From NCBI RefSeq assembly GCF_900167395.1, contig NZ_FUWK01000024.1, positions 1-32,000 of the forward strand: a DNA stretch of 32,000 nt. The letters run 5' to 3'. Within the stretch, counting starts at the first letter, position 1, and each line of letters opens with the position of its first letter. The DNA is from Nitrosomonas europaea. GTDB lineage: Bacteria > Pseudomonadota > Gammaproteobacteria > Burkholderiales > Nitrosomonadaceae. The notes below the pieces were generated by a model. The model searched no databases, was not told the origin of the DNA, and saw only the letters and a list, made by a program, of their open reading frames with translations. A program made the translations under genes and the position numbers. Below, one piece after another: positions 1-6,727 of this stretch.

Positions 1-236
1 TTCTCACGCTCCAACGCCTTGAGGCGATCACGTTCACTGCTTGTCAGACCTTCGCGTGCGCCATTGTTAATTTCGCTACGTTTAACCCATTCCAGCAACG
101 TGGAGGGCACACAGCCAATCTTGGGTGCAATTGATTCAACCGCCGCCCATAGCGATGGATATTCGCCTCGATGTTCCTGTACCAGACGAACAGATCGTTC
201 ACGAACTTCAGGGGAAAACTTTGTTTGATTGCTCAT
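1..236 (-). CDS. IS3-family transposase OrfA (N-terminal HTH ORF), partial at the window edge
   Basis: Reverse translation from the ATG at 236-234 gives [78 protein letters not shown]. This matches the conserved first ORF of IS3-family transposases. It is absent from the ORF track because no stop lies in the window. Confidence 0.85.
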   Translation of the reverse strand, partial: MSNQTKFSPEVRERSVRLVQEHRGEYPSLWAAVESIAPKIGCVPSTLLEWVKRSEINNGAREGLTSSERDRLKALERE

Positions 237-269
237 GGCTCCATTCTCTCAAAAGTTGGAGCCTCCTCA
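1..269 (-). mobile_element. IS3-family insertion sequence, one terminus; the element continues past the window start
   Basis: The reverse strand reads TGAGGAGGCTCCAACTTTTGAGAGAATGGAGCC followed by the OrfA ATG. This TG-initiated end sits exactly where the neighbouring toxin remnant loses its reading frame. The end coordinate is inferred, because the second inverted repeat is outside the window. Confidence 0.7.
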
Positions 270-395
270 AAACCCGGGGCGATTCATTGCGGCGACGAAC
301 TCTTCACCGAGACCGAAGCTTTGCAATTCATACCACTCTTGAGCTTCGCCAATTTCACGCAACGCTCACGAAGAGAATTTTAGGCGAAACGCCAT
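267..395 (-). pseudogene. RelE/ParE-family toxin remnant with an in-frame stop, truncated by the IS end
   Basis: The reverse frame from the ATG at 395 reads MAFRLKFSS*ALREIGEAQEWYELQSFGLGEEFVAAMNRPGF*. The EAxxWYExxxxGLGxEF stretch is typical of the N-terminus of ParE/RelE toxins. There is a TGA at codon 10. Only about 40 codons remain, and the final TGA is supplied by the IS terminus. Confidence 0.5.
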
Positions 396-605
396 GAGCC
401 ATCTTTAAGGCAGGATTTCACCTGCTCCCAAGAATAACCAGCTTCGGGGTTTGCCTCAAACTCTGCCATTCGTGCTTCGAGTTCAATTTTTAGTTCAGGC
501 GAAATCTCCACGGCTTCAGGCACCGCTGCAATGCTGTCCCAGATAAGCTCAACAAGACGAATACGCTCTTGTATCGGAAATAGAAATATTGTTTATGTCG
601 GACAT
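380..605 (-). pseudogene. Addiction-module antitoxin remnant (CHP02574-like), frameshifted near the N-terminus
   Basis: The reverse strand encodes FPIQERIRLVELIWDSIAAVPEAVEISPELKIELEARMAEFEANPEAGYSWEQVKSCLKDGSWRFA*. This resembles the 'putative addiction module component' antitoxins, recalled from memory. The only ATG (605) is in another frame (MSDINNISISD...) and hits a stop after 18 codons. Confidence 0.5.
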
Positions 606-727
606 TGTACCCTTTTCAGAAAACACGCTAACGTAGGTGACCGCTAACGCCCGAATTAATCCGCGCCGCGAAGTAGCTTCGTTCAACTTCGGTATCAAGG
701 AGTATATTTTGGTCTGGGGGCATTTCT

Positions 728-1783
728 TTACTTTCGATTCAATACATACCAGGTCGCTCTGGCCTTGCCATGACGCTGAATTCGTCCCGTGGAAACCAGT
801 TCTCTCAGACGGACTTTAAGCGTATTCCGGTTTGCGCCTGTATGTTCCACCATCTCCGCGATAGAGAGCCGTTCGTGCTTTTTCAGCAATTCCAGGATCT
901 GAACAGCTAAGGCGGGCAAGATCGTATCATCCGCAGCTTTCTCTTTTTCTATCTTGGCGGCAAGATTGGCTTTCTGCTTTTTCAGGCAGCGCAGGAAAAA
1001 ACCAAGCCAAGGCTCCCAATCCGGGCTGTCCGTTTTTAGGGTGGTTTGTGTGCGCCGGAGTGCCTTGTAGTATAAATCCTTGTTATCCTCCACCACGCTT
1101 TCCAGAGAAGCATACGGCACATAGCTGTACCCGGCCCGAAGCAACATAAGCGTCGTCAGGATGCGTGACAGCCTGCCATTGCCATCCTGAAACGGGTGGA
1201 TGGCCAGAAACACCACCACAAAAACCGCCACGATCAAAAGCGGGTGAAAGCTGTTCTCCGTAATCGCCTTATTGACCCATCGCACCAGTTCTTCCATTTT
1301 GCGAGGGGTATCGAAGGGCGTGGCCGTTTCAAAAACCACGCCAATTTCCTTGCCATGCTCATCTATAGCGACAACGTGATTATCAATTTTCTTGTATTCC
1401 CCCCGGTGGCGTTCATCTTTATTGCTGTGCCGCAAGAGCGTTTGATGAAGTTGTCGGATATGGTTTTCGGTAATGGTCATATCCTCGTAAGCTTGAAAGA
1501 CGATATCCATCGCCTCGGCATAACCGGCCACTTCCTGCTCGTCACGGGTCTTGAAGGACATGGACGATAGATTGGACAACAGGGTTTCCACCTGCATATC
1601 TGTCAGCTTAGCCCCCTCGATCCGGGTAGACGAACCGATACTTTCAATGGTTGCCACCTTGCGAAGCTGGCGCAACCGCTCCGGGGATAGATTTTTCAAA
1701 ACTTCCCACTTGCCTTTAAATTCATCAATCTCGGCAATGAGCTTTAATAATTCTTGAGTAATGAGAATTCTGGGTTCTTGCAT
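728..1783 (-). CDS. Fic/DOC-family protein (predicted AMPylase) with a C-terminal winged-helix domain
   Basis: The 351-aa ORF carries the Fic motif HPFQDGNGRLSR (HxFx[DE]GNGRxxR). It also has an N-terminal inhibitory-helix motif STRIEG ([ST]xxxE[GN]). The C-terminus (LSIAEMVEHTGANRNTLKVRLRELVSTGRI) is wHTH-like. Confidence 0.9.
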   Translation of the reverse strand: MQEPRILITQELLKLIAEIDEFKGKWEVLKNLSPERLRQLRKVATIESIGSSTRIEGAKLTDMQVETLLSNLSSMSFKTRDEQEVAGYAEAMDIVFQAYEDMTITENHIRQLHQTLLRHSNKDERHRGEYKKIDNHVVAIDEHGKEIGVVFETATPFDTPRKMEELVRWVNKAITENSFHPLLIVAVFVVVFLAIHPFQDGNGRLSRILTTLMLLRAGYSYVPYASLESVVEDNKDLYYKALRRTQTTLKTDSPDWEPWLGFFLRCLKKQKANLAAKIEKEKAADDTILPALAVQILELLKKHERLSIAEMVEHTGANRNTLKVRLRELVSTGRIQRHGKARATWYVLNRK

Positions 1784-1908
1784 GAAAGTTTTCTATATCC
1801 GGTTCCGTACCCGATAATACCCGATTACACTCGATCTAACCGGTTAAAACATATTTATCAAACAACTGAAAACCAAGGTTCCTCACCCTGATTAAGCTTG
1901 AATTTTGA

Positions 1909-2064
1909 AGAAACCAGATTGGCCGTATTCTGCGCCAGCTTGCGGCTGCCGGAAAACTCGTCAGAATTGGATACGGCCTCTATGCCAAGGCCAAACGTTC
2001 TGCCCTGACAGGAGATGTTATACCTGTTCTTCCTTTGCCAACCCTGGCTGCGAAGGCTATGTAG
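1909..2064 (+). pseudogene. Fragment of an AbiEi/DUF6088-like winged-helix antitoxin gene
   Basis: The frame reads RNQIGRILRQLAAAGKLVRIGYGLYAKAKRSALTGDVIPVLPLPTLAAKAM*. The L..L...G.L.RIG.GLY stretch is typical of AbiEi-type N-terminal domains. The frame is preceded directly by a TGA, has no start codon and is far shorter than family members. Confidence 0.35.
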
Positions 2065-2131
2065 CGCCTGCAGCAAATGGCTAGCCCGTAGCGTACGTTA
2101 CGGATTGACCCTACTCACCCGACAGAATAAA

Positions 2132-2151
2132 CTAGTTATATATCTAGTTAT
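2132..2151. promoter_or_regulatory. Candidate vapB operator: direct repeat CTAGTTAT x2
   Basis: CTAGTTAT occurs at 2132-2139 and 2144-2151, a 12-bp periodicity. The repeats lie in AT-rich DNA 23 bp upstream of the vapB ATG. GGAGG is at 2163-2167. Confidence 0.35.
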
Positions 2152-2173
2152 TTATACTTAATGGAGGCCTCTG

Positions 2174-2431
2174 ATGCATGTCTGGCCTGTTCAAGATGCC
2201 AAGGCTCGCTTTAGCGAGTTTCTGGACGCCTGCATAACCGAAGGACCCCAGATTGTTTCCCGCCGGGGCGCCGAAGAAGCGGTATTGGTGCCCATTGGAG
2301 AATGGCGGCGCCTGCAAGCGGCTGCACGCCCCTCGCTTAAGCAATTGTTGCTCTCTGACTCAGCCCGCACTGAGATGCTCGTTCCCGAGCGAGGCAAAGC
2401 CCGCCGACGCCAGGTTGAACCCCTGCGGTGA
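2174..2431 (+). CDS. vapB: Type II antitoxin, Phd/YefM (prevent-host-death) family, partner of the PIN toxin
   Basis: The 85-aa ORF starts MHVWPVQDAKARFSEFLDACITEGPQIVSRRGAEEAVLVPIGEWRRL, a typical Phd/YefM N-terminal fold signature. Its stop overlaps the start of the downstream PIN gene. Confidence 0.85.
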   Translation: MHVWPVQDAKARFSEFLDACITEGPQIVSRRGAEEAVLVPIGEWRRLQAAARPSLKQLLLSDSARTEMLVPERGKARRRQVEPLR

Positions 2432-2436
2432 ACACA

Positions 2437-2853
2437 ATGTATCTGCTGGATACCAACGTTGTTTCAGAACTCCGCAAACCGCGCCCACATGGGGCTGTAC
2501 TCGCCTGGATAAATTCCGTGGATGACGCCAGCCTCCATCTGGCCACCGTAACGCTCGGTGAAATTCAGGCCGGCATTGAGTTAACCCGCGAACAAGATCC
2601 GGCCAAAGCAGCTGAAATTGAGTCTTGGCTGGACCTTGTGAGCGACTCTTACAACGTATTGGTCATGGACGGTCCAGCATTCCGCTGCTGGGCGAAGCTG
2701 ACACATAAGAAGTCCAACACACTCATTGAAGATGCGATGATCGCGTCCATTGCCAAGATTCACGGTCTGACGGTGGTGACTCGTAATGTCTCTGACTTCT
2801 CGTCGTTCGGCGTCAGGATTTTCAATCCGTTCGAATTCAACGCGAATGCCTGA
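2437..2853 (+). CDS. vapC: PIN-domain toxin VapC
   Basis: The protein starts MYLLDTNVVSELRKPRP, and the acidic PIN residues are present (D at LDTN, E at SEL, D at IEDAMIA, N/D near the C-terminus). An alternative GTG start at 2428 overlaps the antitoxin stop. Confidence 0.9.
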   Translation: MYLLDTNVVSELRKPRPHGAVLAWINSVDDASLHLATVTLGEIQAGIELTREQDPAKAAEIESWLDLVSDSYNVLVMDGPAFRCWAKLTHKKSNTLIEDAMIASIAKIHGLTVVTRNVSDFSSFGVRIFNPFEFNANA

Positions 2854-3072
2854 AATGCGGGCTAACATCTGAGGCAACAGGTAGCCGAAGCGAAGGGCAC
2901 CAACAAGCGCCAGTTTGCTGGCTGTCCTGTTGACTGAATTGTTAGATACGATTACTCGAAATAGTCCTTTGCATCACATCCTGTCACATTGTTTCTGGAT
3001 CGCTTTCTGCTTCCCGCTTCATTTCATTCGCTGCCGCGATGACGAAGCGCACTGAAAAATATTCCGGATGAT

Positions 3073-3279
3073 GTGTATGAGCGACTCAAAGCTGCCGCAG
3101 AAATACACCGTCGCAGCCTCAACAGTGAAATCATTGTGTGCCTTGAGACTGTGCTTATGCCAACCAGAATCTCCCCCAGCGAACGACTGGAGCGTGCCCG
3201 TCAGCTACGGGCCGGGCTGAACCCCAAAAAATTTCAGGCATGCGATATTGCTATCATGAAACGACAGGGGCGCCCATGA
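3073..3279 (+). CDS. vapB: Ribbon-helix-helix (Arc/CopG-type) antitoxin; the N-terminus is uncertain or frameshifted
   Basis: The ORF reads ..NIPDDVYERLKAAAEIHRRSLNSEIIVCLE, an RHH signature. The open frame runs back only to 3043, with no ATG or GTG before the GTG at 3073. An ATG at 3039 (MTKRT..) is in a different frame. Confidence 0.7.
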   Translation: MYERLKAAAEIHRRSLNSEIIVCLETVLMPTRISPSERLERARQLRAGLNPKKFQACDIAIMKRQGRP

Positions 3280-3671
3280 TCGTCGTGGATTCAAACGTGC
3301 TGGCTTATTTTTATCTGCCCGGCGAATACACCGCCACTGCAGAAGCCTTGTTTGAACATGATCCTGATTGGGTAGCACCGGTTTTGTGGTGGAGTGAGTT
3401 TCGAAACATTCTGGCCGGGTATCTCAAGCGTGGAAACCTGACATTTTTACAGGCATATAACCTCCAATGTGAGGCAGAGGATTTACTCGCTAGCGCCGAG
3501 TATGAAGTGAATTCACCCAGTATTCTGGAGTTGGTGCGTGACAGCGAATGCTCAGCTCATGACTGCGAATTTGTCGCACTGGCAATGAAACTGGGTGCAA
3601 AGCTGGTAACGATGGATGGCAAATTGCTGAGGGCATTTCCGGGTATCGCATTCGCACTCTCTATGAGTTAA
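3276..3671 (+). CDS. vapC: PIN-domain toxin VapC
   Basis: The protein starts MIVVDSNVLAYFYLPGE. There is an ATGA start/stop overlap with the upstream RHH antitoxin at 3276-3279. The product is 131 aa. Confidence 0.85.
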   Translation: MIVVDSNVLAYFYLPGEYTATAEALFEHDPDWVAPVLWWSEFRNILAGYLKRGNLTFLQAYNLQCEAEDLLASAEYEVNSPSILELVRDSECSAHDCEFVALAMKLGAKLVTMDGKLLRAFPGIAFALSMS

Positions 3672-3702
3672 GTGTAGTTCATCACATCCGGGTACTTCGT
3701 TT

Positions 3703-4047
3703 TCAGCCATCTTCAGGTTCATAATCCGCAATATCTGGAAGGAGAAGATTTCCACTGCTTAAATTTTGTTCAATATCCATGTTCTGATGCGGAATACCGA
3801 TAACCTCGATTGCGCTTCCAGCCATGCGATAAAATATTACGTGGTCACCCTCACTGAAACTGCGGTAGCCTTCCTTTATTTCATCTCTTGCTCGCCCAAG
3901 CATTGGATTGTCTGCCAGCCATCGCATTCGTTCTCGAAGCCGCAATATGTATTTGTCTGCCTGCGTTTTTCCCCATTGCTGGGTTGTGTATTGACGTATG
4001 TTGGTGATATCCGTTTTTGCTTCCGGTGAGAGGAGGTAGTGTTTCAT
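3703..4047 (-). CDS. parE: ParE/RelE-family toxin
   Basis: The 114-aa ORF reads MKHYLLSPEAKTDITNIRQYTTQQWGKTQADKYILRLRERMRWLADNPMLGRARDEIKEGYRSF..HVIFYR, a ParE-like layout. It has an ATGA overlap with the upstream antitoxin at 4044-4047. Confidence 0.85.
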   Translation of the reverse strand: MKHYLLSPEAKTDITNIRQYTTQQWGKTQADKYILRLRERMRWLADNPMLGRARDEIKEGYRSFSEGDHVIFYRMAGSAIEVIGIPHQNMDIEQNLSSGNLLLPDIADYEPEDG

Positions 4048-4289
4048 TTCTCATTTAACAGTTCGGCAAAGAATGTTTCGCCTTCCACGCCTTCTCCCCT
4101 GTCCAGTTGCTCCTCACCTGCTGCCAGTTTTGCACGTAATCTTTCGAGTTTCATTTGCTGATATTCCTGCACTGACATGATCACGGCAACCGCCCGTCCA
4201 TGTTTTTCGATGGTAAGCGGTTCCCGCTGCGCAGTATCCAGCATTTCCCCAAATTTATTTTTTGCATCCTTAGCGGTAATGGCTTTCAT
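4044..4289 (-). CDS. Phd/YefM-family antitoxin of ParE
   Basis: The 81-aa ORF starts MKAITAKDAKNKFGEMLDTAQREPLTIEKHGRAVAVIMSVQEY. On the coding strand a GGAGG lies at 4298-4302 and a TATAAT at 4313-4318, both upstream of the start. Confidence 0.85.
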   Translation of the reverse strand: MKAITAKDAKNKFGEMLDTAQREPLTIEKHGRAVAVIMSVQEYQQMKLERLRAKLAAGEEQLDRGEGVEGETFFAELLNEK

Positions 4290-4363
4290 TACGAGATCCT
4301 CCTGAAAAGCCTATTATATCCATAATGGCTACTTCCAGTGTTTTACTCCCATCAGTGAAAAAT

Positions 4364-4425
4364 AGTTCGGCAAAAAATGCTTCGCTTTCCATACCTTTTC
4401 CTTTGTCTAATTGCTCTTCACCTAC
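4364..4425 (-). pseudogene. Fossil 3' end of a paralogous Phd-type antitoxin gene
   Basis: The 62 bp at 4364-4425 align without gaps to 4060-4121, the 3' end of the intact antitoxin, with 50/62 identities counted by hand. The fragment encodes GEEQLDKGKGMESEAFFAEL versus GEEQLDRGEGVEGETFFAEL. Homology stops abruptly at about 4425. Confidence 0.6.
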
Positions 4426-4531
4426 CCGCGGAAGTTATGATCCGGAGGGCTTTGATAGATACAAGTTGTCATAGTTGGCAAAGTATACAAAGGTGCCTAA
4501 TCTATCCCCACTTTATTGGAGGGAGCTATCC

Positions 4532-4768
4532 ATGACCAGGACGCTGGAATTCATTGCTGATCACTTGCCTAAAGTGCTCGATCCGGTAAAACAACGACTG
4601 ACCCAGATCGTACTGCGGGGTGCGTCCGAGGTTGATGCCTGGACGCAGTACCGCGCTCTGGCCGAACCACTCGAAGGATTAGCCGGACATTCGCCGGTAG
4701 AAGCGGTAACTGCTGATTCGATCGATGCGGTAGCGAAGGCAGTCTTCAACGTGCTCGGCGTGCATTGA
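4532..4768 (+). CDS. Xre/MbcA/ParS-like antitoxin (toxin-binding domain only) of a RES toxin
   Basis: An ATG at 4532 follows GGAGGG. The product is 78 aa and reads ..AWTQYRALAEPLEGLAGHSPVEAVTADSIDAVAKAVFNVLGV, resembling the DUF2384-type C-terminal domain. It sits immediately upstream of the RES-domain reading frames. Confidence 0.55.
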   Translation: MTRTLEFIADHLPKVLDPVKQRLTQIVLRGASEVDAWTQYRALAEPLEGLAGHSPVEAVTADSIDAVAKAVFNVLGVH

Positions 4769-4778
4769 CGGAGTCAAT

Positions 4779-5235
4779 GTGGGTATCGCGCTTCCCACAC
4801 AGTGTATTGACCCGGGTGAGTTACTTCAACATGTGAGCTGGGTCGTCTATCGTGACACACCACTGTACTATGGCCGAGACGGCACAACCGTTTTGATTCT
4901 CCGGCCAGGAACTATGGTGTGCTCTATCTTGGCCGCGACCTGTCCACAGCGTTGATGGAATCGGTGCTTCACAAGCATCAGTGGGATCAGGATACCAAAC
5001 GCCCGGTTGCGTTGGCCGAAGTCCGAAACCGGCTGATGCGCGCAGTCGGTGTAATTGATAACCTGCAGCTGGCTGATCTCACAGCTGAAGCGTTATGGCA
5101 GGCTACTTTGGTTTGACCCTGGAGCAATTGGCCAACCGTGACTATACGCATACGCAGCGAGTATCCGCTCAGGTGTATGTGATGCTGGATGCCGATAACG
5201 TGCCGTTGTTCGAAAAGTTCGAATGTAGTAGCTGA
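4779..5235 (+). pseudogene. RES-domain toxin gene, inactivated by at least two frameshifts and probably an internal deletion
   Basis: Three successive frames give: ..WVVYRDTPLYYGRDGT | RFDSPARNYGVLYLGRDLSTALMESVLHKHQWD...LTAEALWQA | GYFGLTLEQLANRDYTHTQRVSAQVYVML... The R (NRFDSP) and E (ALMESVL) of the R-E-S signature are visible. The frames switch near 4885-4890 and 5098-5103. Confidence 0.65.
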
Positions 5236-5355
5236 TATGGCCACGAAGAAAACAACCAAATCCGCCACCAGCTGGGGTGTGGGTGACCGAGTTGATCAAG
5301 CGCCTGCGACGGGTGAAGTGATGTGTCATGAGCGAATGAAAGCCATCTTTAATTG

Positions 5356-5384
5356 TTGTCAATTAAATTAAAGAATGCTTTAAT
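5356..5384 (+). promoter_or_regulatory. Candidate sigma70 promoter for the second Fic gene
   Basis: TTGTCA (5356-5361), a 17-nt spacer and TTTAAT (5379-5384) lie 31 nt upstream of the ATG at 5415. This is a sequence match only. Confidence 0.3.
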
Positions 5385-5414
5385 CTTCAGATGCACTACT
5401 AAAGGCCGCTTTCA

Positions 5415-6563
5415 ATGACACGCACAACAGGGATCTACTCGATTTCCACGAATCTGGGCGAATCGGTGCGCGCATTCGTGCCCCATTCCCTGCCTCCGTC
5501 TGATCCAGATCTGTCACCCAAGATGTTCACCGACCTCAACCAGCAGGCCGAATTGGCGCTTGCGCGTTTGGCAGGCGTGTCCGGTTTGGCGCCATCAGTG
5601 GATTGGTTGTTGTACAGCGCCATCCGTAAGGAAGCCTTGCTCACGTCGCAGATTGAGGGCACGCAGGCCACACTGACCGACTTGTTCGATGAGGAAGCAG
5701 GCTTCAAAGTCAGTAATACCGATGATGTGGAGGAGGTAACCAACTACCTTCGTGCTTTCCGCTGGACTCAGGAGCAGCTGCGCGATCCCAAAGGGCTGCC
5801 CATCAGTGTGCGGCTACTATGCGAGGCGCACCGACGCCTGCTGGATGGTGCGCGCGGTGCTGGCAAGCAACCGGGCGAGTTGCGGCGGTCGCAAAACTGG
5901 ATCGGTGGCACACGGCCCGGCAACGCGGTCTTTGTACCGCCACCGCCGGGGCACGTTCCTGCGCTGCTGGCCGATATGGAGCGGTTCATCCACAGCACTG
6001 CAACCGATTTGCCACCCATGGTGAAGGTGGCACTCATCCACGCTCAATTTGAAACCATCCACCCCTTTCTCGATGGCAACGGGCGCATCGGACGGCTGCT
6101 GATCGCGGCCCTGTTCGAGCATTGGGAGTTGCTGACCGAGCCCCTGATGTATCTCAGTGGCTACCTCAAGCAACACCAGGCCGAGTACTACCGCCGCTTG
6201 TCGGCGATCCGCACTGACGGGGATTGGGAATCCTGGGTGACTTTCTTCCTGGAGGGGGTAGCAACCGCCACTGGCGATGCGGAGAAAAATATCATTGAAG
6301 TCGCCAGCCTCATCGCTACAGACCGCAAACGCATGTTGCAATCCACCAAGGCCGGCCCTGCGAGCTACCGGCTTTTCGAAATGCTGCCGATGATGCCGCG
6401 CTTCACCATCGAACGCGTGCGCCGGCAACTCGATACCAGCTTCCCCACCGCAACTGCGGCCGTCAGGGTACTGGAAGATTTAGGCATCGTGACGGAGATG
6501 ACCGGGCAGAAAAAGAACCGCAGCTACAGCTACCAGGCATACGTTGAACTGCTCTCCCGGTGA
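5415..6563 (+). CDS. Fic-family protein (Fic_N-type N-terminus, C-terminal wHTH)
   Basis: The 382-aa ORF carries the Fic motif HPFLDGNGRIGR and the inhibitory motif TSQIEG in LLTSQIEGTQATL. The C-terminus (AAVRVLEDLGIVTEMTGQKKNRSY) is wHTH-like. Confidence 0.9.
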   Translation: MTRTTGIYSISTNLGESVRAFVPHSLPPSDPDLSPKMFTDLNQQAELALARLAGVSGLAPSVDWLLYSAIRKEALLTSQIEGTQATLTDLFDEEAGFKVSNTDDVEEVTNYLRAFRWTQEQLRDPKGLPISVRLLCEAHRRLLDGARGAGKQPGELRRSQNWIGGTRPGNAVFVPPPPGHVPALLADMERFIHSTATDLPPMVKVALIHAQFETIHPFLDGNGRIGRLLIAALFEHWELLTEPLMYLSGYLKQHQAEYYRRLSAIRTDGDWESWVTFFLEGVATATGDAEKNIIEVASLIATDRKRMLQSTKAGPASYRLFEMLPMMPRFTIERVRRQLDTSFPTATAAVRVLEDLGIVTEMTGQKKNRSYSYQAYVELLSR

Positions 6564-6672
6564 CAAACACCCGCTCCTCATCTTCCTCACTGAGTTTCTC
6601 CGTCCAGCTTCTGTTTTTTATCTTTCCTGAACGCTTCCCACACGTTACCAGTGCAAAAAAGCAGCTATCGCT

Positions 6673-6690
6673 CACCGGCATCTGCCGGTG
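6673..6690. promoter_or_regulatory. Perfect 8-2-8 palindrome CACCGGCA-TC-TGCCGGTG upstream of the PRTase gene
   Basis: It was read directly from the sequence and lies 38 nt upstream of the ATG at 6728. It is followed by TAGGAT rather than a T-run, so an operator is more likely than a terminator. Confidence 0.3.
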
Positions 6691-6727
6691 TAGGATATGG
6701 TCATCAATTGCTGCGAAGGAGGGAAAA

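Noticed and set aside
4919-5116. The 65-aa ORF taken as an independent gene
   Set aside because: It is the middle frame of the disrupted RES toxin gene, not a separate CDS.
5236-5371. Small ORF MATKKTTKSATSWGVGDRV... upstream of Fic-2, a possible small antitoxin or DUF2945-like remnant
   Set aside because: It has no ribosome-binding site or recognisable motif. Fic-2 carries its own inhibitory motif, so a FicA-type partner is not required. The evidence is too weak to call.
5817-6428. The 203-aa reverse-strand ORF inside Fic-2, and similar long antisense ORFs (8256-8777, 10672-11448, 12382-13035, 14291-14986, 24245-25138, 25718-26491, 30529-31002, 31398-31790)
   Set aside because: All are fully embedded opposite strongly supported genes. 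Their translations are Arg/Gly/Ser/His-rich with no recognisable motifs. These are typical shadow ORFs.
6560-6727. N-terminal extension of the PRTase ORF (and similar extensions at 22872-22946 for ackA, 27933-27998 for tal and 18958-18984 for rnk)
   Set aside because: The extensions lack family similarity. Internal ATGs preceded by good Shine-Dalgarno sequences align with the expected N-termini.
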